A stretch of DNA of 64,000 nucleotides from Azolla caroliniana (Eukaryota; Plantae; Polypodiophyta): assembly GCA_043228905.1 (NCBI GenBank), contig JBHGNT010000022.1, positions 682,001 to 746,000 on the forward strand, written 5' to 3'. The notes beneath the pieces were generated by a model that worked only from the letters and a program-made list of their open reading frames with translations, was not told the origin of the DNA and did no database searches. Made by a program: the position numbers and the translations under genes. Below are positions 44,564 to 59,005 of this stretch, piece by piece; position 1 is the first letter of the stretch; each line of letters begins with the position of its first letter.

Positions 44564-45359
44564 TCATTTTCCACTCTCAATTGCAACATTCATTATTAAA
44601 GTTCTTGAACATCAAGAGTTGCTACTCACTTCCACATGGTCTACATGAAATGTAATATACGTGGTCTCATTGGTCATATTTGACGATCTTGGACGACAAT
44701 AATATAATCTATCCATCTCTGGTTTGGTTCGTGAATTTTGGTGCTATGAACCTTTTCTCATTGGGTCTACAACTATTGTTCTCTCACTCGTTCTAGGACT
44801 CTTGATGTCTCTTTGTGTGCTCGCTTGGTCACTTGGGAAGTGAAACAAATATCATGTCGAGTAAGTAAAAACACTTTCAATTAAATCATGTTTTACAAAA
44901 TTGCACAATAATTATAATGTGTATAATTTAATTAATTATTCATTATAATTCGTTTGATGATAATTTATCAATATCCTCCTCATCCTCTTCTAGTCAATTC
45001 GAAGATGAATCTAAGAACATTTTGGTCAATCCATTCTGCTCGATCAATTGAGTCCCCAATGTTGTCAATTATATACTGAGAGAGCCTTATAAAAGGCCTT
45101 ATTGTTTACCATATCATACCATATACTAATTAGCCACCAATGTATCAAACCTACCTAGAGAATCATGCAAACAATTACACTCACTCACAAAGAATACTAG
45201 GGTGACCATATAGTGTTTTTATGCAACAAGATGGAAACCAAATGGTAATGTCAATTTGTAAGGTCACATAAATTTACAGAAGTAAAGCATCCACTTGACT
45301 TAAAGTGATGTGGTGATGCATTATTGATACAATATTGATTCATGATGTGATTCAGAAGT

Positions 45360-46756
45360 TCACCCGGATGACGCGTGTGAATTTCTTGACTGACGATTCT
45401 GAATTATGACATGGTAAAGCCCGAGCAACAACACAATAAATGCTCGATCCACCCTTGCACAAATGCTTATCCTATAGTCAGGGCCACCTCCACAAATCCA
45501 TCCATCTCGAGACTTCGTCGCCTATTCATGATTGTGTTAATGATTTCAATTCTACGACCATGTTAGTATGTCATATCAATAATCCAATCGAATAAATAAA
45601 GATGTACTATGGAAAACATCCTAGGCCAAGTTCTTTTAAAATTTCCGAGAAAGAAGCTTATAAGAGTGTACAAATTGTTCCTCAACTAATAATTATCTAA
45701 GGCATTCCAAACACAATAAGGTTGGGCTCGTGATCTAGTTTAATGGGCCAGAAGGAAGTTGTGGTGGTAATAAGCTAGTGGGTACCTACCATGCCACATT
45801 ACAAATATGCTTTCAATCATATGGTCCATGATCCTTGTTGAGAATATATTGTTTAGATATGAACCAATCCAAAACATATGCTAATTACCTCGGCGATTTT
45901 ATCACCTCGGCTGTTGAAAATGTGGAAGACCCGAGTGTACAACATATTACTAAAGCCAGGAGCTGGTTTTAGCGTGAAATCGGGTACACGGCCATCCTCA
46001 TTCAATTCTCTATGGTCCTTAATGCCACTTACGCCCACGGGGGCTACAAATATGTGTAACTTTAGCCTCCATTGAAGAAAATCGGCCGCCCGAATAGTCA
46101 TTAGTAGAGACTCGCCTCGGAATACATTGCATCGAGAACGAGAGCTAAACAACTGGAATTCGATTTTATTTAATCAGTACAAGAAGGTTTATCCTTTAGA
46201 TTAATGACCAGAATCAACACATAAACCTTCAGATTAATGACCAGAATCAACACATACACCAAGTTCACATTAATGACCAGAATCAACACATAAACCTTCA
46301 GATTAATGACCAGAATCAATACATAAACCTTCACATTAATGACCAGAATCAATACATAAACCTTCACATTAATGACCAGAAGAATCATACATATATACAT
46401 ATAATGAAGGAAATTTGGTCAATCGCAGAGGAATTGGGGGGTATTTTCTCGGTAAATCGCGATGATATACATACATGCATACATACCTCTGGGCGGATGT
46501 GCACAAGATCGAGTCCAGCAACCTCATCTCGGAAGACAAGATCCGGGATACCGAAACCCCAGCAGGATTGATCATAATCCAGGGTAAAGAGAATCCCATC
46601 GGATTCTTCGTTAGATTCGGAAGTAGCACTGATAAGGTGAGAATTCGGGATCAAACACGAGCATTGCGAGAACCACAGAGCCAAATGGGAGGGATTTGGA
46701 ACACAAAACCGAGGATCTATGATAGCTGTATGAGGATCAATGGTGGTGGTGGCCAT
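45360..46756 (-). CDS. LURP-one-related (LOR/Tubby C-terminal-like) protein, 231 aa; exons 46756-46487, 46152-45889, 45521-45360
   Basis: IIDPRFCVPNPSHLAL at the N-terminus, RCNVFRGESLLMTIR, IFNSRGDKIAE, and DYRISICARVDRAFIVLLL at the C-terminus resemble LOR family motifs. Both introns are phase-0 GT-AG and the spliced frame is open. Confidence 0.8.
46201..46380. repeat. 33-bp minisatellite (about 5.5 copies) in LOR intron 1
   Basis: ttaatgaccagaatcaacacataaaccttcaga repeated. Confidence 0.95.
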
Positions 46757-47289
46757 CAGACTCAATGAATCCAAAAAATCATATTCAAATTTGAAGGGCT
46801 AAATCTCTGTTCTGAATTTGTTATGAAATTTCGTGTAAATCTGTTCTGCTCTTATTTGCTCTTCAATAAATAGAACCGAAATTCGTCAACGGTCTACTAA
46901 ATTGCAACAGCAAAAAATACAACAAGAAGATCACGACTGCAAAGAGCATTTGGCCTTTTAGTTCGTCCAGATCACGACAACCATTTAGAACTCTGTAATC
47001 CCGACTGTCAAAACAGATCCTCTGCATTATAATAAACGTCGACCGATCATCGATTTGGAGAACAAGAAAATCGGGGTATATTCCCGATCGTTTATTTTGA
47101 GAGCACTTCATGGTGTGATTTCCAGAAAAATGGATCAAAGGAGACTTCCTGCTACAGACTGTTTTTTAGGTTTGAAAAAGAAAAAGCCCAAAAAAGGATT
47201 CTGCTCCACGAATTCAGAGCTAAACCCTAAACCCTAAACCATGACCAAAGTTTAACCTAGGCAGACAATGGATATGGTGGTGTCATCAG

Positions 47290-48430
47290 CCATCAACAAT
47301 TAGGGTTTAGGGGTTTCAGGTGAAGAAAATGGAAGGGCACCTAGCAACCAGTAACGGTTTGACTTGAACCGAACTGTGAAATCTCGGCTTAATGGTTTGA
47401 ATGGTTCGTTTCGGTTTGGGGGGTTAAAAGTTTGGTAACTGGTTTGAGCCTTTACGGTTTCTGGTTCAAATAGTTTGTCATCAGTGATTCCTCCATCAAC
47501 AATTAGGGTTTAGGGTGAAAAAAATGTATGGGCACCTAGCAACCGGTAACAGTTTGACTTGAACCGAACTGTGAAATCTCGGTTTAATGGTTTGAATGGT
47601 TCGCTTCGGTTTGGGGGGTTAAAAGTTTGGTAACTGGTTTGAGGCTTTACGGTTTCTGGTTCAAACAGTTTGTCATCGGGGATTCCTCCATCAACAATTA
47701 GGGTTTAGGGGTTTAGGGTGAAAAAATGGATGGGCAGCTAGCAACCGGTAACAGTTTGACTTGAACCGAAATGTGAAATCACGGCTTAATGGTTTGAACG
47801 GTTCGGGGGTTAAAGGTTTGGTTTGAGACTTTACAGTTTCTAGTTCAAACCGTTTGAAACCATGGTTTAAAAGGTTTGATGGTTTATTTTTGGCACTTTG
47901 ATTATTTTCTTAAATATTTTTTTGAACATTTTAATCATAACATTTTGATATTTTAAGTAAAATCTTTAAATTTTTAAAAATTAAATTTTGAAATATGAAA
48001 AATTTTCCTTTTTTAAAATTAAAATGTGGAATTTTGAATTTTGACCTAATTTGAAAACCGAAACCGATTTTCGGGAAATCGAGCACATGACTCATCTAGA
48101 AGCCGAAGGTCCGAGGATGAAGCCCAAGAATGACCTCAGGATAAAGCTAGGAGTTGGCAAAGACTGGGCTCAACCCTAAACCAAGCCATTAAACCATTTT
48201 AAACATTTTGGCAGTTCAACTTGGTTCAAGCTTCCCAAACCAGTTTGAGCTCGGCTTGGCAAGGCTCAAGCCGAGTGGACGTTTTGGGCCAAACTGACTA
48301 AGGCCCAACCAGTTTAATCAAACCAATTCACTTCAAGTTTGAAAACTTCCAAACTGGTTAACGCTTAACTCATTTGGTTTGGACAAGGCTAAACCGATCA
48401 AGTCGAAATCGAACCATTGCTGATTCCTAG
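47290..48430. mobile_element. Non-autonomous DNA-transposon-like element rich in AACCG/CGGTT motifs, left end triplicated in ~200-bp units
   Basis: ctagcaacc(a/g)gtaac(a/g)gttt at 47341, about 47536 and about 47738, with an imperfect inverted copy aaccattgctgattcctag ending at 48430. AT-rich core. Confidence 0.6.
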
Positions 48431-48759
48431 ATGAAGCCCAAGAATGGCATGAAAAAGGGTATAATTGTAAATAATTATAGTAGAAGGAAGAAGGAAGAAG
48501 AGAAGGACAAAGGGCTAAAGATGTAAATAATCAAAACATGATTAAAAGAGAGAAAAAGAGAAGGGGAGGTAGATTAAGAAGAATGATGGGCATGGCAAAC
48601 ACAAACAAAGAGAGGAGAAACTTCACATTACCAAAATACCCCTCCTTTTCCAACAAATTACAAACACCCACATCCACATAAACTTTGTACACACATAATT
48701 GCACATACAAAAAGAAAAGGAAAAAAATAATGACATGCATACATATTTACACACGCATA

Positions 48760-49115
48760 ACAATCGACAACGGTTTGGTTTGGTTTGAACCGAACCGTGA
48801 AACCGCAACTTAACGGCTTACCGGTTTCAATGGTTCGGTTCGGTTTGGTTCAGGTTTAGGTTTTAAAAAATGGTTTGGTTTCAATAGTCAAAAACCGCGG
48901 TTTAACGGTTTTTTATTTTATTTTTTAAAAAAAATTTAAAAATTGTTTTAAAACAATCTTTTCATTTTTAGACCTTATTCTCACATTTTAGGAAAATCTT
49001 TAAAATTTAAAAAATTTTAGAAAATGAAATATTATAAATTAAAAAATTAAAAAATTAAAAATTGACCAAGTTGAAAACCGAAACCAAACCACGAAACCGC
49101 GGTTTTTATGGTTTA
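48760..49115. mobile_element. Second, truncated AACCG-motif element related to 47290-48430
   Basis: aacggtttggtttggtttgaaccgaaccgtgaaaccgc... followed by a similar AT-rich core. Confidence 0.55.
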
Positions 49116-49703
49116 ATGGTAAGGCTTCTATTCATGTGTGATAAGGTCATGGGTTCAATTCTTATTTGAGGCCATGTCATGACATTGTCTTCTTTTTCGA
49201 ATGTGAGTATTACAATGTGTCTTTAGTTGAGGACCAGGTTTGTCTAGGTATTCTCGATGAAATTCTTCAACAAGGGCTTGAGCATTTGCAACATTCTCTA
49301 CCGGCTCCCAAGTACGGTCGATTGGATTATATCCTAGCCAATCCACCAAATAATGTTGATTGTTGCAAACAATCTCGGAATCAAGAATAACAACAACTTC
49401 ATACTCTAGTCCACTTTCAAGTTCGATAGGGGGTGGAGGTGGTGTAGTACAATTTGGAACAAAACTTACTTGACATGGTTCGAAGAGAGAACTATGAAAT
49501 ATTGGATGTATACGTAATTCAGGAGGTAGATCACGGCGAAAGGGCCTATTAATGACAAAAGGGCCTAACCGTTGATAATTCAATTTGGCACATGATCTCG
49601 TAGTTTTTATATGACGTCGTAGTAGCCATACTCGATCTCCAACTTCAAAATTGGATGGATGTCGATGTCAATCTGCATAGTTTTTCAGTGTTATTTGAGC
49701 TTC
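49108..49703 (-). mobile_element. Chromovirus remnant: integrase C-terminus, chromodomain, PPT and start of the 3' LTR (49184 leftwards)
   Basis: LGPF...IHPIFHSSL...YEVVVILDS...YLVDWLGY...TWEPVENV. Confidence 0.9.
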
Positions 49704-52700
49704 TGTTGGAATATGTTAGATGAAGAATATGATAAGGACCTACAAGGTAAGATGTGTACAACAAACAACATAGATATGCAACATGAAAAGCTTCAATGGA
49801 ACTTCTCTCTTATTCTCTTCTCTGTAATTCTTTTTACCCCAAGACCATCTTTACAATGTTAGGTTTGAGCTTATATACTCAAGCCCTAACTAGAGAATGT
49901 GTTCACACTAAGGATACAAAGTGGAAGGAATCGGCTTTTTATGCCAACAACTTCATGTAGATGATTGGAAAGTTCCGCTTGAATTTGTCATAGTCAATCC
50001 AAATGATTTCGAGCACTAGGATTTGTTGGTAATTCAAGAGTTTTGAATAAATATCATCAATGATGATAACTTGTGTACACATATAATGGTGTAACCCTAG
50101 TAGAAGAATGTATAAAATTATTATATGCAAAGTTTGCAAAATGTAATATATTAGCCCAATCACCTTGTTGATAATTGATGAAATAGTGAAGATACTACTC
50201 TAATGTCTTATTCGTACGTTCTATTTGACCATTCGTCTGGGGATGAAAGCCTAAGGGGAGTTTACAGGAGATCTTTATTGGTACTTATGTGTTGTCTAGT
50301 TGATTATGGTCAACTGTTGCAGAAGCAAATGTAGATCTTGTTGAGGAACAAGCAAGATGTTGAGTAAGCATGAGGACATGTGTAGTATCAAGAATACAAC
50401 ATATACTGAGAGTGTACATGGAGAAAGACAATTACATAGTTATGGCAAGAAGAAAGACGTTATATTATTCTACATCATTTGTACAAGAAGGAATTCTTCA
50501 TCGTTGAAGTACAATGGTCGGGTTGAAGTAAGACTTTTTAGTCCAACAAACTCCCCCGTAAAAGGGCTACTCTAACTGATACAATCGACGAGAAATCTCC
50601 CTCATAAATCAAAATACAATCTATTAGAGATACAAGCTAAGCTATGGTCTTCGAATTGGGAGTGGTTAGAGAGTCAAGTCGGTTCCAATTGGCTCGACGC
50701 TTTGTCGGTTTGGTCGGCTCAATCGGCTTTGCTCGGTTGACTCAGTCAACTTTCAGCCCTTTCGGTCCATCAACCCTTCGGCTCTTCAACTCTCCTCCTT
50801 CCTCAAATTCGATTATCTCATTCTCTCTAGTTTGTCGTAGTCCCATCTATCTCCTTAGTGCTATGAAATGATGATCTGGGAGCGTTTTGGTTAGGCAATC
50901 AACGATGTCCACCCCGGTGTCGATCTTTTGGATTTCGAGCTTCTTATTGATGAAGAGCTCCCAAATATGATGATACCTCACCTCTTTGTGCTTCGTCTTC
51001 GCATGATAAACTAGATTCCGCATGAGGTGTATTGGCACGTTTTGTGAGTCGCAATGCAGGGTCATAGTGATATGGTCGATTCGACTCTTGGTCGAAAAGT
51101 CGGCCGATGGATGTTGAAGCTAGATAGCTTCTTTTGCTACATCGAACACGACTATGTATTCAGCCTCTGTTGTGGATAGGGTACACTCTTGGAGCTTCAA
51201 CCTCCAAGAAATTGCTCTGCTTGCGTGGGCGAACATGTCGGAGTCGGTATAGACTTCGACCTCGGTCAGATTTCCCGAACCGAATGTTAGTTGCATATCC
51301 GATGTCCATTGAAGGTAGCGGAATATGTGCTTGACGACTTCCTAGTGCTTCTTCCCTAGATTCGACATATACCGACTGGTAGCACAAACGGTATATGCAA
51401 GGTCGGGTCGGGTGGCTACCATCGTGTATATGAGACTTCCTGCTACCGATGCGTAGGAAATCTTTCTCATTTGCTCTTTGTCGACCTCTGTAGAGGGATT
51501 TTCTCCTTCCAATAATCGGATCAATGTCGGGAGTTTAGTCGATGCGTGTTTCGATTTGTCCATGTTGAACCGCTTCAACACTTTTCAGATATACTCGGAT
51601 TGGGAGAACTATAGGATTTTCTTCAACCCATCTTGCTCTATCCTCATGCGTAGAATATGTTGGGCTTCTCTAGGTTCCTTCATAAAAAAATTCTCATTTA
51701 TTTTCCGCTTTAGTTTCTCGATTTTGGCTCTATTGCAGCCTTCGATGAGCATGTTGTCCACATAAAGGATCTGATATATTTGGGACTCTTTGGATGTGTC
51801 TCTTACGCTATCAAATGTGGGAGTCAAACTTTTGATACCACATTCTAGGTGCTTGCTTCAGGCCGTAAAGGCTCTTCTTTAGTCAGCATACGAGGTGACC
51901 TTCCTCCGTCGTTGTCGTGAAGCCCGTTGATTGAGACATCGAAATGTCTTCCTCCAGATCTCCATGCAGAAAAGCTGTCTTGACGTCCATTTGCTCAAGC
52001 TCTAGGTCTTCGGTCACGACGACTCCTAAGAGGAGCTGAAGGGTCATCATCTTGACTACCAGGAAGAAGATCTCCTGAGCTTTGTATTTGGGTTGATCTG
52101 AACCAGATATGTACTTGTATCTGAATACTCGCTTGCATTGCAATGGCTTTCTGCCAGTTGGTAGTGGAACCAACTCCCATGTGTCGTATTATTTTATGGA
52201 TTCCATCTAGGATTGCATGGCTTTTCGCCATGTTTTGGCATCCTCGTCGCTATTGCTTCTTCGTATGTGCATGGTTCACCTGCGTCCATATAATTGACGT
52301 ACTCCAAGCCTAGTTGATTGAACTCTATCAACTTTCAGACTCGTCCAAATCTCCTTGGTGCCAAAATGGTTGGTTCAGTTTCTTCAACCAATAAGGGGTG
52401 TTGGGTCGGCATTGTGTGAACCCTCCAATACTACTTGCTAGTGGAGATCTTGTGGGAAATCCGTTGTCGTGAAGATTTCCGACTACGGTGAGAAACTCGG
52501 GTGGGACAAATAAGATGGGGATGTGCAACATTGCACATGCACTTGTAAATTTGTATAATGAGAATAAGATAACAAAATGTAAGGGGAAGGGTAATAATCT
52601 AAGGTGCTAAAGGTGCACCATGAGGTTCGTAGAGGCATAAAGGTGATGTGCACTTTGTAGACTAGAGGAAAGTACATGAAGAATGGGTGTAGGGAGTTGT

Positions 52701-54320
52701 GGGCATTAAGTGTGAATGTGAGAGGAGAGAGAGTTAAAGGCCCACTGATTTAAGATCAAGGAAAAATATTCCCCATTGAAAGAAGGGGATTTGACCTCTC
52801 CTTTTGTAATGTGCCTCACCCCTTACTACTACGAAGGGGAGTGAGGGGTCTCTTGTGAAGGGGTTGCCTATTTTGAGTGAGGAGGGGCTTCCACTTTTGG
52901 GGTTTTCTTTAGGGAGTCATCATTTTGTTGTTTCGGGGTAGACCATTAGGGTTTTAATGATCCCTATTTCATTTTAGGGTTTGGGGTTTTAGGATCTCGT
53001 TTTAGGGTTTCATTCTTCTTCTTCTTCTTCTTTACCTATCCGGTTAGGGTTTCTTCTACGGTTTTGATTTGGCTTACGCGGCCATGGTTGTAATCGTATA
53101 GTGGATTCTTAATATAGTTTGTTGATGTATCTTGTCTCTATTTTCTCTACCATGCTAACCTCTTATTCTTTCTCCTTTCCTCTTGAGCTCAAAGGTCGAA
53201 GGTTAAGCTCCCATTCCCCCTCTACTCCCTAGTCCAAGACCCCTGCAGTCCCGCCTAAGATCCTACATGTACCCGCGGAATTCCGTGACACCGCTATTGC
53301 AATTTTCTTGTGTTTGTGTTGGATCTACCCCTACCGCAGAGGTATTCGGCCAACTCATTTGTGTTGCCGCCGGTTCGAATAAGTTAGTTTGTATGTTACT
53401 TTGAGTTTTCTCTATAGGCTCTCGTTCGAATTTGTTGGTCGACTCGCTAGCCAATTCAGGTTCGGCTTCTGGTAGTTCAGCCTCTGATTCGGTCAGACAA
53501 TAGTCGAAACTAACTCTCTTGCCAGTTTGAGGCTTTGTTTGGACATTGCTGATTGAGTCTTCATTGAAGACTACATCGCTGGTTTGAATCATCTTCTTGT
53601 GCTCTGGGTCCCATAATCGAAAGCCGAAATTCCCATCCGTCCCATAGCCAAGAAAGATGCATTTTCTTGAAAGGGGGGGCAGGTTTGTTTGATTCTCCCT
53701 TGGTATGTGGGCATATGCGTCGCATCTGAATATGCGAAGCTAGTTGTAGCTTGGCTACTTGCCCGACCATAGTGCCTATGGCACTTGAAGCTTGATGGCC
53801 TTTGACGGTGAGAGATTAATCAAGTAAACTGTCGTCTACACCGCCTCTTCCCAGAATTCCGACTTGAGTCTTGCGTGTTGGAGCATTGCCATCATTCTTT
53901 CTTGGATCATCCGGTTCATGCATTTGACTACATCATTCTGCATCGAGGTGTAGATAATGGTTCATTGATGCCGGATTCCTCTTTTGGATAGGTACTTGAC
54001 GAAGGTTTTGGAGGTGTACTCTCCTTCGTTGTCTGACCGGAATTTTTTCACCTTGTGGCTGGATTGGTTTTCAACTTCAGTTATCAAACAAGTGAAAGTC
54101 TCGAGCGCTTCATCTTTGGACTTAAGTGAATAAGCCCAAACCTTGCATGTACAATATTCTATGAATGTGATGAAGTACTACATGCTACCTACAGATCTCT
54201 CGGGCATCGGCCCGTAGATGTCACTATGAACTAGCTCCAAGGGTTTTCATACCATCTCATAGTGAGTTGAGTGTGGACTTCAGGTCTACTTCCCATATTG
54301 ACAATTGTCACGGACAGATA
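49704..54320 (-). mobile_element. Ty1/copia remnant: 3' LTR 49704-50548, RNase H, RT, integrase
   Basis: LTR ends tgttgga/tccaaca with PPT gggggagt; LHCDSQ...HAKTKHKEVRYH, QMDVKTAFLHGDLEE, ILYVDNMLI; integrase at 53560-54300. Confidence 0.9.
52465..53290 (+). mobile_element. Solo LTR inserted in the copia remnant
   Basis: tgtcgtgaagattt...ttccgtgaca flanked by ccgt/ccgc; shares ctactccctagtccaagaccc with LTR 31763. Confidence 0.88.
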
Positions 54321-57300
54321 GAGTAAAGCAAAACAAAGCTAGGCAAAAGTAAGATACAGAGAGATAATCTACTAAGATACTTGACTATGTACTGGATGTA
54401 TTGGTTAAAATGTTACACTTGATTATGATAAAAGAAGTTAAGAGTTCGAATCATGACATGATTGTTGTCATGTTCATGACATTATCCTCTAGTTAAGGCC
54501 GCCCCCTAGAATGCCGCCCCCTAGAATGCCGCCCTGGTTTCTGTGGATATTGGTGATGAAATGCATGAACAAGATTTGATGCATTTACCAAGGGTTGGGT
54601 TGGTTCCCAAGCCTCCAGCTAAGGCCGCTTCCTAAGATATGTTGCATTGGTTTCTATGGATATTGATGATGAAAGGCATGAACAACGTCTGGTGCATTCA
54701 CCAAGTGTTGGGTTGGTTCCCAAGTTGCCTTTGAAATGGGGCACCCTTTCCATAGGACTAGGTATTGAAGTTGTTGGTGATGCCAACGAGAGTCTAGAAT
54801 CTTGTCAACCTCATAATCCTGACCTGTGGAAAGCTTGATTGGAGGTGGAGGTGAAGAGTGTCTTTCAGGAATGGTGTATGGATGATGAGGTTCAAGGAGA
54901 GAGGCATGGAAGACATTATGAATACAAAAATGTGGAGGAAGTTCCAGCCAGGAAGTGACGAGGTTGATATGCTCTTGATGTGGAAAGGCCCCACCTTCTA
55001 GTAGTCCAACTTTCCGCAAGGTTGAGTAGTGTTGACATGGCAACGCAAGAGCCAAACTTGATCAACAACTACAAAGGAGGGTGTGGCTGAGCGATGACAA
55101 TCAACTTGCGCTTTGTGCTGGTTCCCTACAAGGATGAGGGAGAGGGAGAGGTCTTGATGAATGTCTGTTTTCTGTTGAAGGGTTGACAAAGTTACCAGGG
55201 ATGGAGATACTGAAGCGAGGATGGAAACCATAGATGGCAAAAAATGGGGTGACCCCGGTTGTGCCATGTAGCATATTATTATATGTGAATTCTACCAGTG
55301 GTAGGAGGTCAATCCAATCATCTTGCTCGTAGGTAAGTGACCACCTAAGGTATTGCTCTAGAATTTGGTTCACCTGCTCAGTTTGGCCATTAGTTCAAGG
55401 ATGATAGAACAAGGACAAATTCACTATTGTGTCAAGTATATGAAGGACCCGTTGCTAGAGAAACAAATTGGGGTTTGCGATCTAAGGTAACATCGTCCAG
55501 TACCCCATGAAGCTGCACCACATTCTTTAAAAATAGAGTACTTATTTCTTCTGTTGAAAGGGGGAAAATTTGTGCCATCTTTGTAAACCTATCAACCATG
55601 ACGAGCATTGAGTCATATCCATGGACTAGAGGCAAATCAGTGATGAAATCCATGGAAATAGATGCCCAAGGCTGGTTGGGAATGGGAAGAGGTTGGAGCA
55701 AATTGTATGGTCTGTGGTGGATGACTTTAGATCGAGCACAAGTACCACACACCTTGATGAACTTCCATAGTTGAGGCCACCACTATCCTCACGAGATTAA
55801 TTCCAGGGTCTTTGTAACTCCAAAATGGCCACCCATTGGGTTGTCGGGACACTTCTGGAGAACTTGAGTTCAACACCAACCCTCTAGAACATATAAGAGA
55901 TGGTTCCAGTAAAGGAGGTCTCCCTCGAATCTGAAGCAAGTAAGTGCTTCCTTGTTGTTTTATTTAGACAGATCTATAAGACCTTCCTTAATGTCATTGG
56001 CAAATTTGTCGGTGGGAAGTGCTTTGGCTATCTCCTCAAGCAAAGAGTTCTCATGTAGCATGCATGTTGCGAAGAGCTGAAATTGATCTAGTTTTAGCAA
56101 ACATTGGGATTGGTGAGCATAGGCATCATCCCTTGGGCTCAATGCGAAATCCGTGCGACAAGAAAGAGCATCAGCCTTCATGTTTTGGGCCCCTGGTCGA
56201 AAGACAATTTCAAAGTCATAGTCGGCTAAGAAAGTTGACCAACGAGCCTGTCGTTGATTCAAGAACGGGTAGTTGAGAAATACAATAAATTTTTATGATC
56301 TTTTATTACCTGAATCCGATGTTGCACCCCATCCAAGTAAGGTCTCCACTCTATGAAAGCTGCAATGATAGCAACGAGCTCCTTGTTGTAGATGGGATAG
56401 TTGATTTTTGGAGTTGTGAATTTTCGGGAGTAGTATGCCACCGAATGTAGGATGCCATCATTATGGGGTTGGGATAAGCCGACACCAACGGCAAGGTCAG
56501 AGGCATCTGTTTTAACTTGAAAAGGCCTAGTGGGGTCAACATGAAGGAGGACTAGAGCTCTGGTGAAACTTCCTTGCGTAGGCTGAAGGCGTTGTCATGC
56601 CTTTCGGCTCCGGATCGTTGCGTGAGTCGGGTGGGAACCACAGAGGTCTTGGACTAGGAGAAAGAAGTTCGTGAGATAGAGATTAATTATGAGTAAATAG
56701 CAAAGAGAAAGATAAGAAACTCGTGAATCACACGAGTATACTATATTAATTGGTACTTAGGGTGTTAAGAGAGAAGTAGATGTATAAATCGTGAATCCCA
56801 CGAATAATTTTTGTATTGATTAATTCTTAATCCAAATAATCAACAACCCTTTATATATTTCTCTCCTCCTTATATAAGGAAGGAAGAGCTAAGCATAGCT
56901 TCATGCTTTTTTTTTTTACAAAAAGTGTTCATGTCCACTAAATGTGCATGTGATGCTTTTTTATTTCCTAAGTATAGGGCTCATGCACGCTAGATGTGCA
57001 TGAGTTATTTTTAGTGTCTCGTGTTTTTCTTTTTCATATATTAAAAAAATACACGATTTACCTTTTAATAAAGGTATGCATAAATAAAGGTCTTATACGT
57101 ATTAAATCTATATTTAAAACACTTAAGATAAGTTAATGTAATGGTAAGGTTGGGGTTTGTCAACGTGGAGGTGCAGAGTTCGAATCACGCCTTGCGTAGT
57201 AGTGAGTATTTCCTTTTTTGTTTTACATTTATGTCTCTTTATCCGGCTCTTCCTTGCCGGTATGCCGTTTTCCTCCTTGCCGGTATGCCGTTTTCTTCCG

Positions 57301-58210
57301 GTTCTCACCGAGCACTCCATTCTCTATCCGGAGGGACAAAAATATAATTTCCACATAGTGTGCAACCTACACTACGACAGCGTGCTGAGCAGCTAGAGTC
57401 CATTGAAACGACATCCCTTTATGAGTAAGCTCAATCAAGGGTTGTACTATGATGAAGAACCTCTTGATAAATCGTTGATAGAAATTCACAAAACCAAGGA
57501 ACAATTGGACATCCTTTACTCGTTTCGAAGTGGCCCATTCTTGGATATTCTTGATTTCCTTGGATCCATTGTGATGCCCTAGGGGGGGAGATAGCATAGT
57601 CAACAAATTCTACTGAATCGTGGTCAAACTCACATTTTTCACTCTTGGCAAAGAGGCCATGCTCCTTGAGTTTGGAGAATCAATCGAACTTGGTGAGTGT
57701 GCTCTTTAATGCTCGGCGAGAAGATGAGAATGTCATCAAGGTAGATAACGAAAAACTCATCGAGATATTCTCGAAATATATCATTCATCATATGCTGAAA
57801 AATGGTTTTAGCATTGGTGGGTCCAAAAGGCATTACCTTGTATTCGAACTGTTTGTATCGTGTACGAAATGTTGTCTTCCATTCATCGCCATGTTTAATC
57901 AAACTAAGTTGTATGCCCTCCACAAGTTAGTCTTGGAGAAGACATGTGCACTATGGAGACAGTCGAGGAATTCTGGGATGAGAGGGAAAAAGTAGCGATT
58001 ACATACCATGATTTTATTGAGGCTACAATAATCGACACACAGGCGTAATGATCCATCCTTTTTCTTCACAAACAAGATGAGGCCCCAACTGGTGACTTAG
58101 ATAGTTTGATGAAGCCCTTGTCCAAATTTTCAGCTAGATATGTTCAAAGAGCCTCTAGTTCTGCTTCAGAGAGGCCATAGATGGGCCCAAAGGGTGGAGA
58201 GGCGCCTTCT
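54320..58210 (-). mobile_element. Chromovirus (Tcn1-like; inferred) remnant: RT, RNase H, integrase, chromodomain, partial 3' LTR starting at 54481
   Basis: VIYLDDILIFS, AYYSRKF...YPIYNKELVAI, WASISMDFITDLP, YEVDKILDSR...YLVLWKG...TWEP. Confidence 0.92.
56593..57379 (-). mobile_element. Solo LTR inserted between RT and RNase H of the chromovirus
   Basis: tgtcatgcc...ctacgaca with TSD gcgt; same family as 33599-34352. Confidence 0.9.
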
Positions 58211-58614
58211 TGCTTGAAGCTATGCAAGACCTAGGATTACCTATTTTTTATTATCGAAGCTGAATCAATAAGATGTGGTGCTAGATAGGAACGTCATGAT
58301 AATGCATATGCTTTCTCTTGTTTCTTACTTGGACAAAATGTAATCTTGAAATCGAAATGAGTAAGAAATTGTGCCCATCGAGGTTGTTGTTTGTTTGGCA
58401 AACAAGATCTTTGAAAATAGGTGAGGTTTTTGCAATCATTGAATATTGTTACTTGATGGGGAGAGCCTTCCAAAAACTGTCGCCATTGTGCAAAGGAATC
58501 AACTATAGCTAATAACTCCTTGTCATGTATTTCATATTTGATCTAGGTAGTGTCAAATTTGCACGAATGAAAAGTCATTGAATATAGCTTCCCATCATCT
58601 CCTCGCTATGACAA

Positions 58615-59005
58615 AATACTACTAAGGCAAAATCCGATGCATCCACTTCAATAATAAATGGTTTTTGCGAATCAACATTAACTAGAATATGAGTGCATGT
58701 AAATGCCTTCTTGAGATCCAAAAAAGCATTATATGCATCATCAATTTAGACAAATGATTGATCCTTCTTTGTGAGTTGTGTGAGAGACATAATAAGTTTT
58801 GAGTAATCTTGTATAAACTTGTGATAGAAGTTTGTGAATCCTAGAAAACATTGCACATCTCGCACAAATTGTGGAGTTTGCCACTCCGACATTGTTTGGA
58901 CTTTAGTTGGATCTACAAAGATTCCTTCAAGGGAGATGATGTAGCCTAAGGATTCCATTGTTTGCAATCAAAACTGCACTTCTCTAGTTTTGCATAAAAT
59001 TTGGT
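58615..59005 (-). mobile_element. Additional chromovirus-like RT/RNase H linker fragment
   Basis: SLGYIISLEGIFVDPTKVQ...DVQCFLGFTNFYHKFI. Confidence 0.8.

Noticed and set aside
46170-46400. ORF with repeating VYVLILVINLK; regularly spaced repeats superficially like a CRISPR array
   Set aside because: It is a 33-bp tandem minisatellite with no unique spacers, inside an intron of a eukaryotic gene.
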